Assembly (NCBI GenBank): GCA_002104945.1
Contig: MCFH01000026.1
Location: 434,001 to 498,000, forward strand
Reading direction: 5' to 3'
Origin: Piromyces finnis finn
Lineage: Eukaryota > Fungi > Neocallimastigomycota
DNA length: 64,000 nt
The translations under genes and the position numbers were made by a program. Within the stretch, counting starts at the first letter, position 1, and the number at the start of each line of letters is the position of its first letter. Of this stretch, positions 51,219-63,788 are shown one piece after another. Below the pieces are notes generated by a model. The model was not told the origin of the DNA and did not search any database. It was given only the letters and a program-made list of their open reading frames with translations.

Positions 51219-54200
51219 ATGAAATTTAATAGAAATATTAAATCATTAATACAGCGTTTGGCTGTACTTTATTACGTAAATACAATATTAAAAACTGTTC
51301 AATCAGTTAATGTTCAAAAAACAAATTGTGATTATTTAAAGAGTATATATAAAGAATTGGATATATCAACTAATTGGAATGATAACACCAATGATTGTTG
51401 TAAATTAAAGGGTATTCAATGTAATCCAGATTTTAATATCATTCGCATGTAACTATTATTTATTCGTTAATTTCAAATAATACTATTAATTTTAAAATGC
51501 AACAACTTATTAATTTTTTATTTATTTAATTTAAATTTCAAATGCAATAACTTTTATTCTTCTTAAAGTGATTTAAGTAAAAGTAAAATCAAGGGAAAAT
51601 TATCAGAAAATATTGGATTTTTAACCAATTTACAATTTATGTAAGTTATACGTTTTAATTACTTATACCAAAAAAAGAAATTAAAATTTCAGAAATTAAA
51701 CTTTTCTTTTTTGAACTATTAGAAAACTTGATAATAATGAAATATATGGAAATATACCACAAAATATTGGAGAATTGGTTAATTTGGAAGAGTTGTAAGT
51801 AATAAAATAGATTTTTAAGAATATTTTAAAGGGTTGTTTATAACTAGTTTTTTTGTACAATTTACAGAATATTAAATAAAAACAATCTTTCTGGAACAAT
51901 TCCAAAAACTCTTGGATCACTCAAAAAACTTAAAGAATTGTAGGCATCACGACAAATGATTTTGATTTTTTTTTTAAAAAAAAAAAAAAGTTATAAAACT
52001 ATTAAAAATTATTATTAAATGTAAGAAATATATGGTTAATTCTTTCTTTTTTAATTATTAATATAGAAATCTTGGTGATAACGGTTTATATGATTATATT
52101 CCAGATGCATTAGGTTCTTTATCAAGTATTAATAAATTGTAAGCAAAAAAGGAAATAATTATTTGATATATATTTGATGGCTATTAATTATCAAGTACCT
52201 TTTTTTTTATTATTGTTATTTTATATAGATATCTTGAAAACAATTTATTAGAAGGCTCAATACCAACTTCATTAAGTTATTTAAATAATCTGGAACATAT
52301 GTAATTATTATTTGACTATTTTTCAATAATGAAAACATTGATTTTTATATTTCATACTTTTAAAATTTATCCATTTTTTATATTATTAATTCTTTAAACT
52401 CTTAAAAAAAAAAATTTTTTTTTTTCTATACCTTTAGCAATTTATCGAATAATAATAAATTAAAAGGAAAAGTTCCAACAATGAATAATTTAAAATCATG
52501 TGAATATAGTAATACTAATCTTTGTTATTTGTCAAATGAAAAATGTAAATCAACATTAAAGGAATGTACATCAGATCAAATTAATGACACCGATAACCAA
52601 CTTATTATTCAAAACAATAAAGAACAACTACAAGAAGGAGATGAAGGTCAAACGATTCAAGAAGGAAAACACGAATCAATTAAAGATGAAATATATAATT
52701 GGCTCTATCGTCCTTATATATTTGCAATTATTGTTGCTGTTTTTGTCATCATAATTCTTTTATTATTTTGTATTACTAAAAAATGTATAAAACATAAATA
52801 TGAAAAGAAGCTTAAGATGTCAATGGAAAAGAAGCAATATTTTGTGAATCATTCAATAAAACATTATCAAAACCAAAATAATGATAAAACGAATGTTGGT
52901 GATTTCAGTAGTAATGATGAAAATAATCATCGTTCCCATAATGATCCCACTACTATATCAGATACAAGAAGTAATATAAATAATTATCAACCAATATATC
53001 AGGATAATCTCACCATTGATTCTCAGCAAGAAAATAATTCAAATGTTGGTAGTCATATTATTTCACCAAATCTTTCTCCAGCCAACTTTCAAATTCCAGC
53101 AATGGCCTATGCTTCACTACAACATCGTTCAACAGTGACATCCCAATTTGTAAATAATGGTGATTATTATACTGTTGATCAAGGTGGTAACTTTGATTCG
53201 CATAACTCAAGATACGGTAGTAGTTCTTACGTAAACTTAAATAATGGTCAATTCCATAATACTCGTTCACGTCCAAGAACTCGTCCACGTAGTAATACAG
53301 GTGGACATAGCCCCGTAAATACCTCATTATCTCAATACAATATAAATCGTTATAGCTATAGTGGTGGTGGTATGCTTTATAGTACCACCACTAGTAATCC
53401 TAATAATAATCGTAATAATCGTCATAGTATTGGCATTTATTCTAACGTTAATTCTTATTTGACTAGTCATTCCGGAGGCAATATTTCTAATTATGGTACA
53501 AGTGAACCAGGAAGTGTTAATTATGATGATAATGATTATTCTAACGAAAATGGCATAACTTACACTATCACTGGAAAATCCAATCCATCCATAACTGAAC
53601 CAAAAAATAATCAAAATAAGAATGTAGTATCTAAACAAGGAAATACATTCACTCGTAATACTGACGCAAAGGATAGCGATAAGGATGACGATGATGATGA
53701 CGACGGTAGCTCCTCTTCTTCCTTTGTTGCAAAATTAAATTCATCAGAGGATGATGATTCAGATATTGATCTACCAAATCATTGTGTGGCCCGAAAAACC
53801 GATAATCATAATATTGCTGGAGATGACGATAGTGATCATGATAGTGGTAATGATAGTGATAATGAAATTAGTAAAGACATTGAGGAAAAGGATCACTATA
53901 ATGAAAAAAGTCAAGATGAAATTGGACATTCTATTTCAATGGAGGCAAATAATGGTCATGATAATGCATCCTCCTCTGAAGAAAATATAACAGAAATAAT
54001 AACTACACCAACAACGTCAACTTTATCAACTCCCAACACCTTAGCTAGTAGTAACAGCCCTCAACCATTGAGTAAAGCGGAGTTAGCAAAAAGAGAAAGT
54101 ACCTACATTAAAAATCATAAAAGAAAAATTCCAATATATAAAAGTCGTACCATTCGAGTAAATTCTGTTGTTCGTAGAGATCCTACAAATAATCCTCGAA

Positions 54201-55978
54201 GACGTCATTCTCTTCAATATGTACAACATCCTTTGTCCTATAGCAATAAGAATAGTTTATCCATGACAAATTTAGTTCAACTCAATAATCCAAGCGTTTT
54301 TCCGCTTCAAAATGCAAATTTCAATTCTCCGGTAGTTCAAGGAATTATCCCTTCAAACGAATCCTATCTTTATGAAGCCTCCACATCCAATAACTATCCA
54401 CCACACAATAGTATAATCTATAGGAGTAAGGACAGCACATCAATAGCATCAAAACGTGCAAAACATCAAAGTATGATATCTATTGGAAGTAATGGACATC
54501 CTTCCTTTTATATTGCCGATGAGGTTAATGGTAGTTCACCAGTCTATTCCAATTCTCTTCGTATGTCTAAAAGTTTGAATCCTATCTATGTGGCACCTTT
54601 AGTTTCACCTACTGGAGATCTAATTCAAACAAAAGACGGTGGACCATCATATCAGATACAACATCATCCACAAATTAACGTACAGGATCAAAGTGGTGGT
54701 CAGGGAATCGTCGCACAAGACGCTCATAACCCTTCCAATAGTTTTCCACAAGATCAAGAGTTAAGTCTTATTCGAAATGATAGTAGTACTAACATTTCAA
54801 ATTTATTAAGTCTCATCAATGATAGTAGTACATCATTATCACCACCACCACCAATTCAAGATTCAATGACTATTGTCAATAGAAAACAAAGTATTCCTAA
54901 TAGTAATGTTAACAGTAATGCTGATAGTAATAGTAGTATTATTGCCGCCTCCGCCACAACAGATCGTATGAATATCTATCCAACGAATGGTAATGTTTCT
55001 GGAGTACCATTGGCCGCCTTTAGTATTAACGGAGTTACCTATGTTCCAGCCGGTACTTCTACTACTGTGAATGTCACTAATCCTTCACCATCAAATGGTT
55101 CCGCCCATGTGAATCGTAATTCCACATTAATTTCACCAAACAATGTTTTCCAAGTACCAATAGTGAATAATAACAATATTGCATTTATGAACAACATTAA
55201 TATGTCACCACCAAATTCACCAGCTCACTCTGTTCACTCACCAATATTAAGTCCACCATCCATAAGTGGTCAACCCATAATGATTAATACTAATAGTCCT
55301 CGGTATGGTCCCAATCAAGAAATATCTTTACCAGGGATATCCCCATCTAATTCACCATTAATTCAACCTGCAGTTTACTGTATTCCAAATGTTGTCACAC
55401 CATCGAATAATCCTTCTCCACACCTTGCTTCCCAATCTCTACCTACGGTCACAACGACCAATATCAAAAATAAAGAGGAAGTCGTTTGTGTGGAAGATCA
55501 AGGACAAGAATCAAGAGATAGTAACGCCATCACCACCACCACCACCAGAACTCAAAATGTTCCTGAAATTATTTTAAATTCAGCCACCAATGAATCAAGT
55601 GAACTCTCTGCCCTTCAAACCCCAGATCCAAACAGTCTTATCTACACAAATACGAATGAATCCCTAGGTAATAGGGACAGCGTGAATCATCTTCAAGATA
55701 TCTATTTTGATGAAGTCATTGAAGTTCCTGGTAGTGATCATCGTATTCTTCGAAGATCCATCTATTTAGATAATGATGATGAAATATATAATCCAATACT
55801 TAATGATTCCACCATCACCAATTTAATGATTGATAATCATAGTGGTCCATACGTTTCCTATAATTATCCACCTACAGAAAACATTACCACAAATATTCCT
55901 CAAGAAGGAGAAGTTGAATTTTATTATGAAGATACTGAAGATGAAGCACCACCTCCCTATTCTGATACTTTTCAATAA
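51219..55978 (+). CDS. Single-pass LRR receptor-like protein (~1352 aa); exons 51219-51448, 51569-51640, 51868-51939, 52067-52138, 52229-52300, 52438-55978
   Basis: Putative signal peptide; Cys cap (CDYL...CCKLKGIQCN); four 72-nt phase-2 LRR exons (e.g. ILNKNNLSGTIPKTLGSLKKLKEL); TM helix PYIFAIIVAVFVIIILLLFCI; long S/N/P-rich tail ending APPPYSDTFQ; 4059 nt total. Confidence 0.85.
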
Positions 55979-56592
55979 AATCCAAGCAACCACAAATCAA
56001 ATAAGAAATTATTTTTTTTAAAGTTTTATAAATTTTGGAAAAGTGAAAAAAAAAAAAAAAAGTTGAATACTCTCCAAAATTTTGGAATAGTGAAAGAAAA
56101 AAAAAAAAATTGAATACTCTCCAAAAGTTCTGTGATCGTAAAAAAAAAAAAAAAAAAAAAATCAATCATATCACAAACCAATAACCGAAAAAAAGTTAAA
56201 AAACAAAAGTTAAAGAAAAAAAAAACAAAAGAAAAAATTTTCAATACGTATTTATTGTAAAAGAAAAAAAAAAATCTTTTTTTTTTTTACACAACATGAT
56301 ATCAAGAGGAAAAAATATATATATTAATTTTTTTTTATTATTATTCATTTAAAATCGTTTCATAATCCAATCTGTGTATTTATTTTATAATTATTGTTTT
56401 ATTTTTTTCTATTTATTAAATTATTTTTTTTCTTCACTTTACACACACCCTTTTATCATGTCAAAATGAAAAAAAAAAAAAAAGGAAAAAACCCTCCAAA
56501 AAAAACCAAAACAAACTAAAATATAAATTTAAAAACTTTTTTTTTTAAATTTATATTATCCATATCAATTGATAAATCATGGGTTTTTTTTT

Positions 56593-56624
<32 letters not shown>

Positions 56625-56870
56625 TATATATATTTTTCATTTCCTATTTTAAAACAATACTTTTTTTTTTTAAAAAAAATGAACAAAAACCAATAACAAA
56701 AACAAATAAACAAAAAAATCAACAATAAAAATAAATAAAATTAAAAAAAAAAGTGAACTTTTTTTAACTATTGACATATATTTATGAATAAATTACTTTT
56801 ATAATTTGAAAATTTCATGGTTAAAAATCTGGTAGAGGTTGTATTTCTTCTGATAAAAAAGTCTGGCTAA

Positions 56871-57090
56871 AATAGCCAAAAATCTAGAAAATAATAAAAG
56901 AATAATCATTAAATGAATCGGCCACAACACCTCTACGGATGGATGATTTTTCAAAAAGAAGTAATGTAGTATAAATAGCAAAAATCTAGAAAATAATGAT
57001 TAATAAAAGAATAATCATTAAATGAATCGGCCACAACACCTCTACGGATGGATGATTTTTCAAAAAGAAGTAATGTAGTATAAATAGCAA
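56871..57090. repeat. ~109-bp tandem duplication, followed by a ~36-bp duplicated segment (57117-57196)
   Basis: aatcattaaatgaatcggccacaacacctctacggatggatgatttttcaaaaagaagtaatgtagtataaatagc occurs twice (offset 109); aaaagaaaaaagaaacag(c/g)actaccagtaatacttt occurs twice. Confidence 0.9.
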
Positions 57091-57967
57091 CAACTACCAC
57101 AGCACTTATAATTACAAAAAGAAAAAAGAAACAGCACTACCAGTAATACTTTTGTTTCAAAAAGAAAAAAGAAACAGGACTACCAGTAATACTTTTAACT
57201 GTTTCAAGGTAGTTTAAATTCATACCTTTAATTTTTTTTTCTTATTTCCAATGAACCAATGAATCTTTTTTAAATAATTATAATAATAGAGAAAAAAAGA
57301 ATAATAAGATAAATCTTTTTTTCCATTAGAAAGTGCCCTTTGGACCTCTTTTTCTTCCTTCCTTCCTTCCTTCCTCTTTTCCTTCCTCGACTTTTTTGTT
57401 CCAAAAATAAATTAATTTAATTAAATAATAAATTCAATTCAATTAAAACAATATATTCTAAATATATTATAATTAAATTATTTTAATATATTTGTGTTTA
57501 CTTTTTAAATTAAAAATTTTAAAATTCTTAATACATTTCTAATACATTTAATGTAATAATTCAATTCATGTACATTAAATTTTAATGCAATTCCATTAAT
57601 TCCATTTTAATAAAGAAAATAATATAAAAAAAATACCCATCATCCATACTTTTTAAGTAGAATTTTTAGGTTCATGGTAGTAGAAATGGTGGTATAAATT
57701 TACCTGAAATAAAATTTTATTATTTTCAAATAAATAATAATAAAAAAAATAAAAATTATAATTATTTTTTTTTTATTTTCAATATTTTAAATTTTTATCT
57801 TTAATATATTATCAATACATTAATTATATATATTAAATTAATTATAATTTATTTCATTAATCGAAATTTTTCATTAATCTATCCTAATAATAATAAACGA
57901 AATTTATTCTTTTTTTTTTTTTTATAAAAAATTCGTCATAATTAATAATTAATATATTATTAAAAAA

Positions 57968-58000
<33 letters not shown>

Positions 58001-59168
58001 AAATCTATCTTGGTCAGTTCATTCTTTTTTTTTTTTTTTTATTTTAAAAAAGTGAACATTTGAACTTTCATCGTAACAAAAAATTAAAAGAAAAATAAAA
58101 AAAATTACCGAAAACTTTTAAAGGTAAAAAGCAAGAAAAAGTTCAATTTTTAAATAAAAAGAAAAAAAAAACGATATTTTCAAAATAAAAAAAAATAAAA
58201 AGTTGATTATCGACATCTTTTTTTTAAAAAAAAAAAATTACTAAATTTTTCATATTTTCATATTTTTTTTTTTTTTACTTTTTCTAATGTTTTTATTTTG
58301 AAAACCAACAACAACAACAACAACAACATAGCTTATTTATTATAAAATAGGTTTTTATTATAGGATAATATTATCGTAAAATATTTCCTCCTCTCTGGAA
58401 TAAATAAACAATAGATAATAACAGTAAATAAAATAGAACAATAAAATTTATAGTAAAAAAAAAAAAAAAATCAATGCCATAGAATTGACATAGAATAAAA
58501 GATATTTGTTTTGTTTTGTTTTGCCTCAATACATTAATATCAATACTTAATAATAGAAAATATTTATAGAATTTTTATATAATAATAATAATAATAATAA
58601 AAGTAAAGTATTAGCTTTTTTTTATTCTATTCTTTTTTTTTATATATATCATTATATATTTAATTTCCATAGTCATACAATTTTTTATTACATATATCAT
58701 CATATATTTAATTTTCCATTAAAAATAGATATTCATACAATTTTTTATTCTAAAATATTACTTTGTAAACACTCTAATAGCAATATTCGAATAGCAATAA
58801 TAATAGACAATAACTACTCCAAAGAAAAAAAAAAAAAGAAAGAAAGAAAAAATAAAAATAATAGTAAATAATAAGTTATAAACACTACATTAATATAATA
58901 TATATATATATACATTATATCTAAATATTAATATCTTTTTTTTTTTTTCAATAATTCCTATATATCGTAAAAAAAATATATATTTCATCAAATTTTATCA
59001 TTTTTATTTTATTCTACCAATGCTTTTTAAAGGAAATAATAAAAATACATTTTTATAAAATAAAATAATAGAGAAATTACAAAAGAAAAAAAAAAAAACA
59101 CAAAAATAAATATAATTTAAAATACATATATCGTATATATAGAATAGATAAAAAAAAAATAAGAAAAA

Positions 59169-61130
59169 ATGAATATAATACATTCATTCTATATTTTAAC
59201 TCTTGGATTATTATTATTTATCCATCAAGCCTATTCAAAAATTCAAACTATTTATGAAATAAATGTTATTCCAGTAAATAAGGAAATTTTTGAAGCTGGT
59301 GTCAATAACCAAATAAGAATAGCTTTATGGAGTAAAACAAGAAATTATCCGGTTCCAATGGAAGAAATTGAACCAAATGAAAGTTCTCTTATTGAAGTTG
59401 TTATATTTTCTAATGATTTAAGATCCTTTGCTCACTTCCATATGGAAGAATTCCCACATTACAATGACGAAAATAATTTACCAACAACTGCAAATTATTT
59501 TGATATTGATTATATTTTCCCAATTGCTGGTGACTATACTATTTCAATTAAATGCAAACCCTACAAAAAAAGTATAAGAATTAATCAAACTATTCACGTT
59601 GAAGGAAAGAAGGAAAATAAAATGAACCTTGATAATGCCTTATTACCAGTTAATCCAAATAACGTTAAAGTAATTTATTTCAAACCAATTCAATTAGAAA
59701 ATATTAAGTCCATCTATCGTTTACCTATCATTCCACATACTTTAACCATTCCAGAAAAGGAATTAAAGAGTGAAGTTGAAAAGGCTACCGGTCCAATATA
59801 CGGTGCAAAAATTAACATTAAGAATACCTTAAAAATTGGCTATTGTAGTAATGTTCTTATAGAATTTTTTAGAGTCGAATTAGAAAATGGTGAAATTAAG
59901 GAAGTTCCGGTCACCGATCTCTTCCAATACAATAATGTACCAATTAAAGCGATCGTTGGTAACGTAGAAAACCCAGATTTCGATATTGTTCAAGGTAATA
60001 TTCTTAATTCTCTTAGTGATCGTTTCCCAAGTTGTGGTTCTAAAATCAATCCACCAAAGGAAATGGTCTTTGGTCCAAACTTTGGTTTTTCTATTCCATT
60101 CCGTAGTAATGGTATTTACCAAATCGTTTTTGAAATTGCCCATTCCTTCAATGATAATACCTATCTTTTAACTCCAAATGTTGTTGTTACCGTTACCGAT
60201 GATGAAGGAAATGCTAATTATGCTGCCGAGGATTATGTTGATGATGACACTAATTACGATCAATTTGTTCAAGATGTTGTCGACAAACAAATTACAGTTC
60301 CAGAAATTCCAGTAGACGATGATTCTTCTTCCGGCGGTAGTGTTCCAATTAATGGTGATAATTCTAATGAAGCCAAGACTACCACTACCACTACTACCAC
60401 CACTACTACTACTACCACCACTACCACCACTACTACCACTACTACTACCACTACAACAGAAGCTGCTGAAACACCAGCTACTTTAGAAGAAAACCCAGAT
60501 GATTCCAAAACAGATGAACAACCAGACGATTCCAAATCATTTGAAAACCCAGATGATTCCAAGACGGATGAACAACCAGACGATTCCAAATCATTTGAAA
60601 ACCCAGATGATTCCAAGACGGATGAACAACCAGAATCTGATGAAAAACCAACAGAAGGTGAACATGAATATATATCAACAGCACCAAATTATGAAGAAGA
60701 CGAACCAATTCCAGAAACTTCACATGGAAAGATTATTATTATTGGTGTTGCCGGTATTATAACGATATCAGGTTTAATGTAAGTAAAAAAAAAAAAAAAA
60801 GCCTGAAAAAAATTTTTTTTTATTAATTATATTTTTACTTTTCATAACGCTATTTTTTTTAATTTATTTATTAATGCATCAAATTTATTATTACCCCTAA
60901 CAAATCACACTTTCTGTAGGTTCTATAAACAAAAAACTAATTTCAGAAACGCTGAAACTATTCCATCAGAATACAAACAAATTAATCCAGATAATGATGA
61001 TGATGATGAAGAATTTATGTTAAATACTGAAGAAAAAGAAATGCTTGAAAAGAGATCCAATGTTTCATTGGACATTGAAAGTGATGACATATTAGATAAC
61101 GAAGACTATACCTTAATGGATGATGAATAA
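59169..61130 (+). CDS. Type I membrane / cell-surface protein (~606 aa): two Ig-like modules, poly-Thr stalk, acidic 18-aa repeats, TM helix, acidic tail; exons 59169-60778, 60920-61130
   Basis: Signal peptide; ~26 consecutive Thr; ENPDDSKTDEQPDDSKSF repeats; TM IIIIGVAGIITISGLMFY spans a phase-2 intron; 1821 nt total. Confidence 0.82.
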
Positions 61131-61718
61131 ATACCAAAAAAAAAAAAAAAAAAAAAAGGATAAAAAATAGAAATATACATACACACATACACACACACAC
61201 GAAAAAAATTAAAACTTTTTTTTTTTATATAAAGTTATATAATTCTATTAAAAACTTTTAAAAAGTAGATAACAATTTATTTATCATCTCTCTTTTTTTT
61301 TTTTTTTAATCTCTTTATAATAATAATAATGGGTCATACCATCACTATAAATATATAAAAATTAATAATCTTATTACTATTATTATTAGTATTAATCCTA
61401 CTCGTTTTTGTATTTTATTTTATACATGTTTTTCCTTTTTTTTTTTTTTTTCCACTAATATATATACATATTTAATATTTAAAAGGAAAAAAGGAAAAGA
61501 AAAGGGAAAAGAAAGAAAAAAATTATGGATACTAAAAAAAAAAATAAATAAATAAAAGTTTTATATAAATACAAAATGTAACTTGCAACATCTAACATCC
61601 TTTTATTTTTATTATTTTTTTTTTCTCTGTTACTAATCTTAATTTTTAAATCCTATTTATGACTATAAAAGGGATAACCAAGCAAAAACAAGTTTATAAA
61701 ATTTTAATAATTGCTTTT

Positions 61719-61761
61719 AAAGTTTAAAACTATTTGATGTCGTTAAAAAAAAAAAAAAAAA
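61719..61761 (+). mobile_element. Isolated LINE 3'-terminal stub
   Basis: aaagtttaaaactatttgatgtcgtt(A)17 resembles aaagtttaaaaagatttgatgccgtt(A)n at 17071-17106 and the tail at ~23570-23627. Confidence 0.7.
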
Positions 61762-62257
61762 TGTTTTACCATAATGCCTAGACGAATGTCTACCAAAAAT
61801 AATCCAAAATTCAGTTGGGTTTTTTTCCTTGGAAAATACGTAGACCATCATAGTTATGCATAAGGAATCAAAAGTACATTTTTAAAAAAGTAGAATTTGA
61901 CTTTTTTTTTTTTTTTTTCCACTTACTTTACTATCCACATTATTCCATTTGTGAATAAATGATTTTTTTTTAACTCATTAAAAGTAAAAGATTTATCAAT
62001 AATATCTTTTTATAATTCCTTTTTTCCTCTTGGATTTTAACAAGTTTTAGGTAAAGTATTACAATTTACCTCTACACAAATATTATTTTTACATTACTAC
62101 CAAAAGATTATAATTATTTTTTAATTTTCAATACCATGGTCCTTTATAAAGTTTTATTTTTATCCTAAAACTTTGTATACTTATTTGGATAATACTTTTC
62201 AGTAAAAATCAACTTTTTATTATTTTTAACTTTTAATGAATAAATAGTATTAATATA

Positions 62258-62318
62258 AACCACCATTGGGATTTACTATTCTGATTGATGGGAGAAATAC
62301 ACTTGGAAGTTAAAAAAA
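62258..62318 (+). mobile_element. ~60-bp 3'-end fragment of the SINE family, inverted relative to the full copy
   Basis: aaccaccattgggatttactattctgattgatgggagaaatacacttggaagtt(A)7 vs SINE aaccaccattggagctaactctgatcgatgggagaaatgcactcggaagtt(A)39. Confidence 0.85.
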
Positions 62319-62533
62319 TAGGAAGAGTTTAATACGCATTATTCAAATAGGTTAATTTAGTTTAGAAATTTCTTTCTTTTTTTTTTTTTTTTAAAAAAAT
62401 GTAGGATCCCTTTCATTCTTTAATAAAGGTTAGATTACTATAAAATACATGTGATAAAATCACATTATATTCACATTATATGTCATCTTATTGGTGGAAA
62501 TTTAATTATTTTATGGATTTGATCTTTTAATTG

Positions 62534-62535
<2 letters not shown>

Positions 62536-62577
<42 letters not shown>

Positions 62578-63106
62578 TTCCGAGTGCATTTCTCCCATCG
62601 ATCAGAGTTAGCTCCAATGGTGGTTCTTAGAGAAACGTTGGCTCATTCCTATTGCTAGGTGGTTGTGACCCTCCTGGTCTGTCATACTGTTTCTTCAGCT
62701 TCGACGCTCACTTAATCCATGTACATTAGATGCATGTCGTTGTACGATATTTCACAACTACAATGCTAAGCCTCTTATAGTCAATTTGATCACGTGTCAA
62801 CCGCCCCCTAATGTTTACACTTAAATTGATTAAGGAATATTATGTGTTTTTGGCATAGCCTAAGTCACCACTTATTAAGTTCTAATTTGGAATGTACCAT
62901 GTACACTAGACCCTCTCAGGCCGGCTAGACGAGTGTTATTATCATAGTAGTAAATTAGAAAGTTCATTTATACTTACCTGAATATCATAACCCAACCCAT
63001 GGCAAACCCAGTGGGAAAATCCACAGGCACTGACATCTGCGGGGTCGAACCAGAAGCCTTATGTATGCTAAGGAAACGCCTTAACAACCAGGATAAAAAC
63101 TGGAAC
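62536..63106 (-). mobile_element. Full-length tRNA-derived SINE (571 bp including A39 tail) with 15-bp TSD
   Basis: TSD gatcttttaattgaa (62521-62535) / gaccttttaattgaa (63107-63121); T39 at 62536-62574; tRNA-like head with B box; LINE-related segment 62661-62710; much higher GC than the flanks. Confidence 0.88.
63031..63102 (-). pseudogene. tRNA-Ala(AGC)-derived head of the SINE (not a functional tRNA)
   Basis: 72 nt with canonical spacing: D-arm cct-ggttgtta-agg, anticodon loop TTAGCAT (63071-63065), variable loop aggct, T-arm tctgg-TTCGACC-ccgca (B box GGTTCGACCCC). Acceptor and anticodon stems do not pair well. Confidence 0.8.
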
Positions 63107-63443
63107 GACCTTTTAATTGAAAGTCACCAAATTTTTCGAAAAAAATTTTTTTTTTTTTTATTTTTTTGCTTTTTACTGTATACCACCACCTCTCAAAAAA
63201 CCTTTTTTTTTTAAACAATAAAAAAGTATATAAAGATCAACTTTTTTTTTCATATTTTATAATTTTGTCAAAGTAATTATACCGCCTTTTTTTTATTTCT
63301 TTTTTTTTTTTATAGTCAAATTTTCTTTTTTTTTTTTTTTATTTAAATATTAAAAAAATAAATTAATAAATTTTTTAAAATTTATTTTTTTTTAAATATA
63401 AAAATATAAAAAAAAAATTTTTTTTCTTTTTCTTTTTTATTAT

Positions 63444-63475
<32 letters not shown>

Positions 63476-63788
63476 GAAAATTTAAATTCTTTTTGTTGTT
63501 TTTCTTTTTTTCTTTTTTTCTTTTTTTTTATTAAAAAAAATAAAATATTTTTATAAAAAATAAAAAAAGTTTACTTTCAAAACTAAGAAAAAGAAGAAGA
63601 AAAAGAGAATTTTTTTTAAAAAAAAAAAAAAATAAAAATTAAATATAATAAAGAAATCAAAATAATTTAACAAAAAAGAATTATCGAAATATCGAAATAT
63701 TTACTAATTATATTTATATATAAAATAAATAAATAAATATCAATTTTATTCTATATATACAAAAAAAAAAAAACATTTTCTTTATAAA

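Noticed and set aside
1718-61200. Numerous short antisense or alternate-frame ORFs overlapping the main genes (e.g. 1718, 2492, 14612, 20338, 22789, 53058, 60269)
   Set aside because: Shadows of low-complexity coding regions; no independent motifs, splice signals or signal peptides.
63031-63102. Functional tRNA-Ala gene
   Set aside because: The acceptor and anticodon stems are largely unpaired, and it sits inside a TSD-flanked, poly(A)-tailed element.
62999-63214. 71-aa plus-strand ORF
   Set aside because: Antisense to the SINE head and running into A/T homopolymers; no coding signal.
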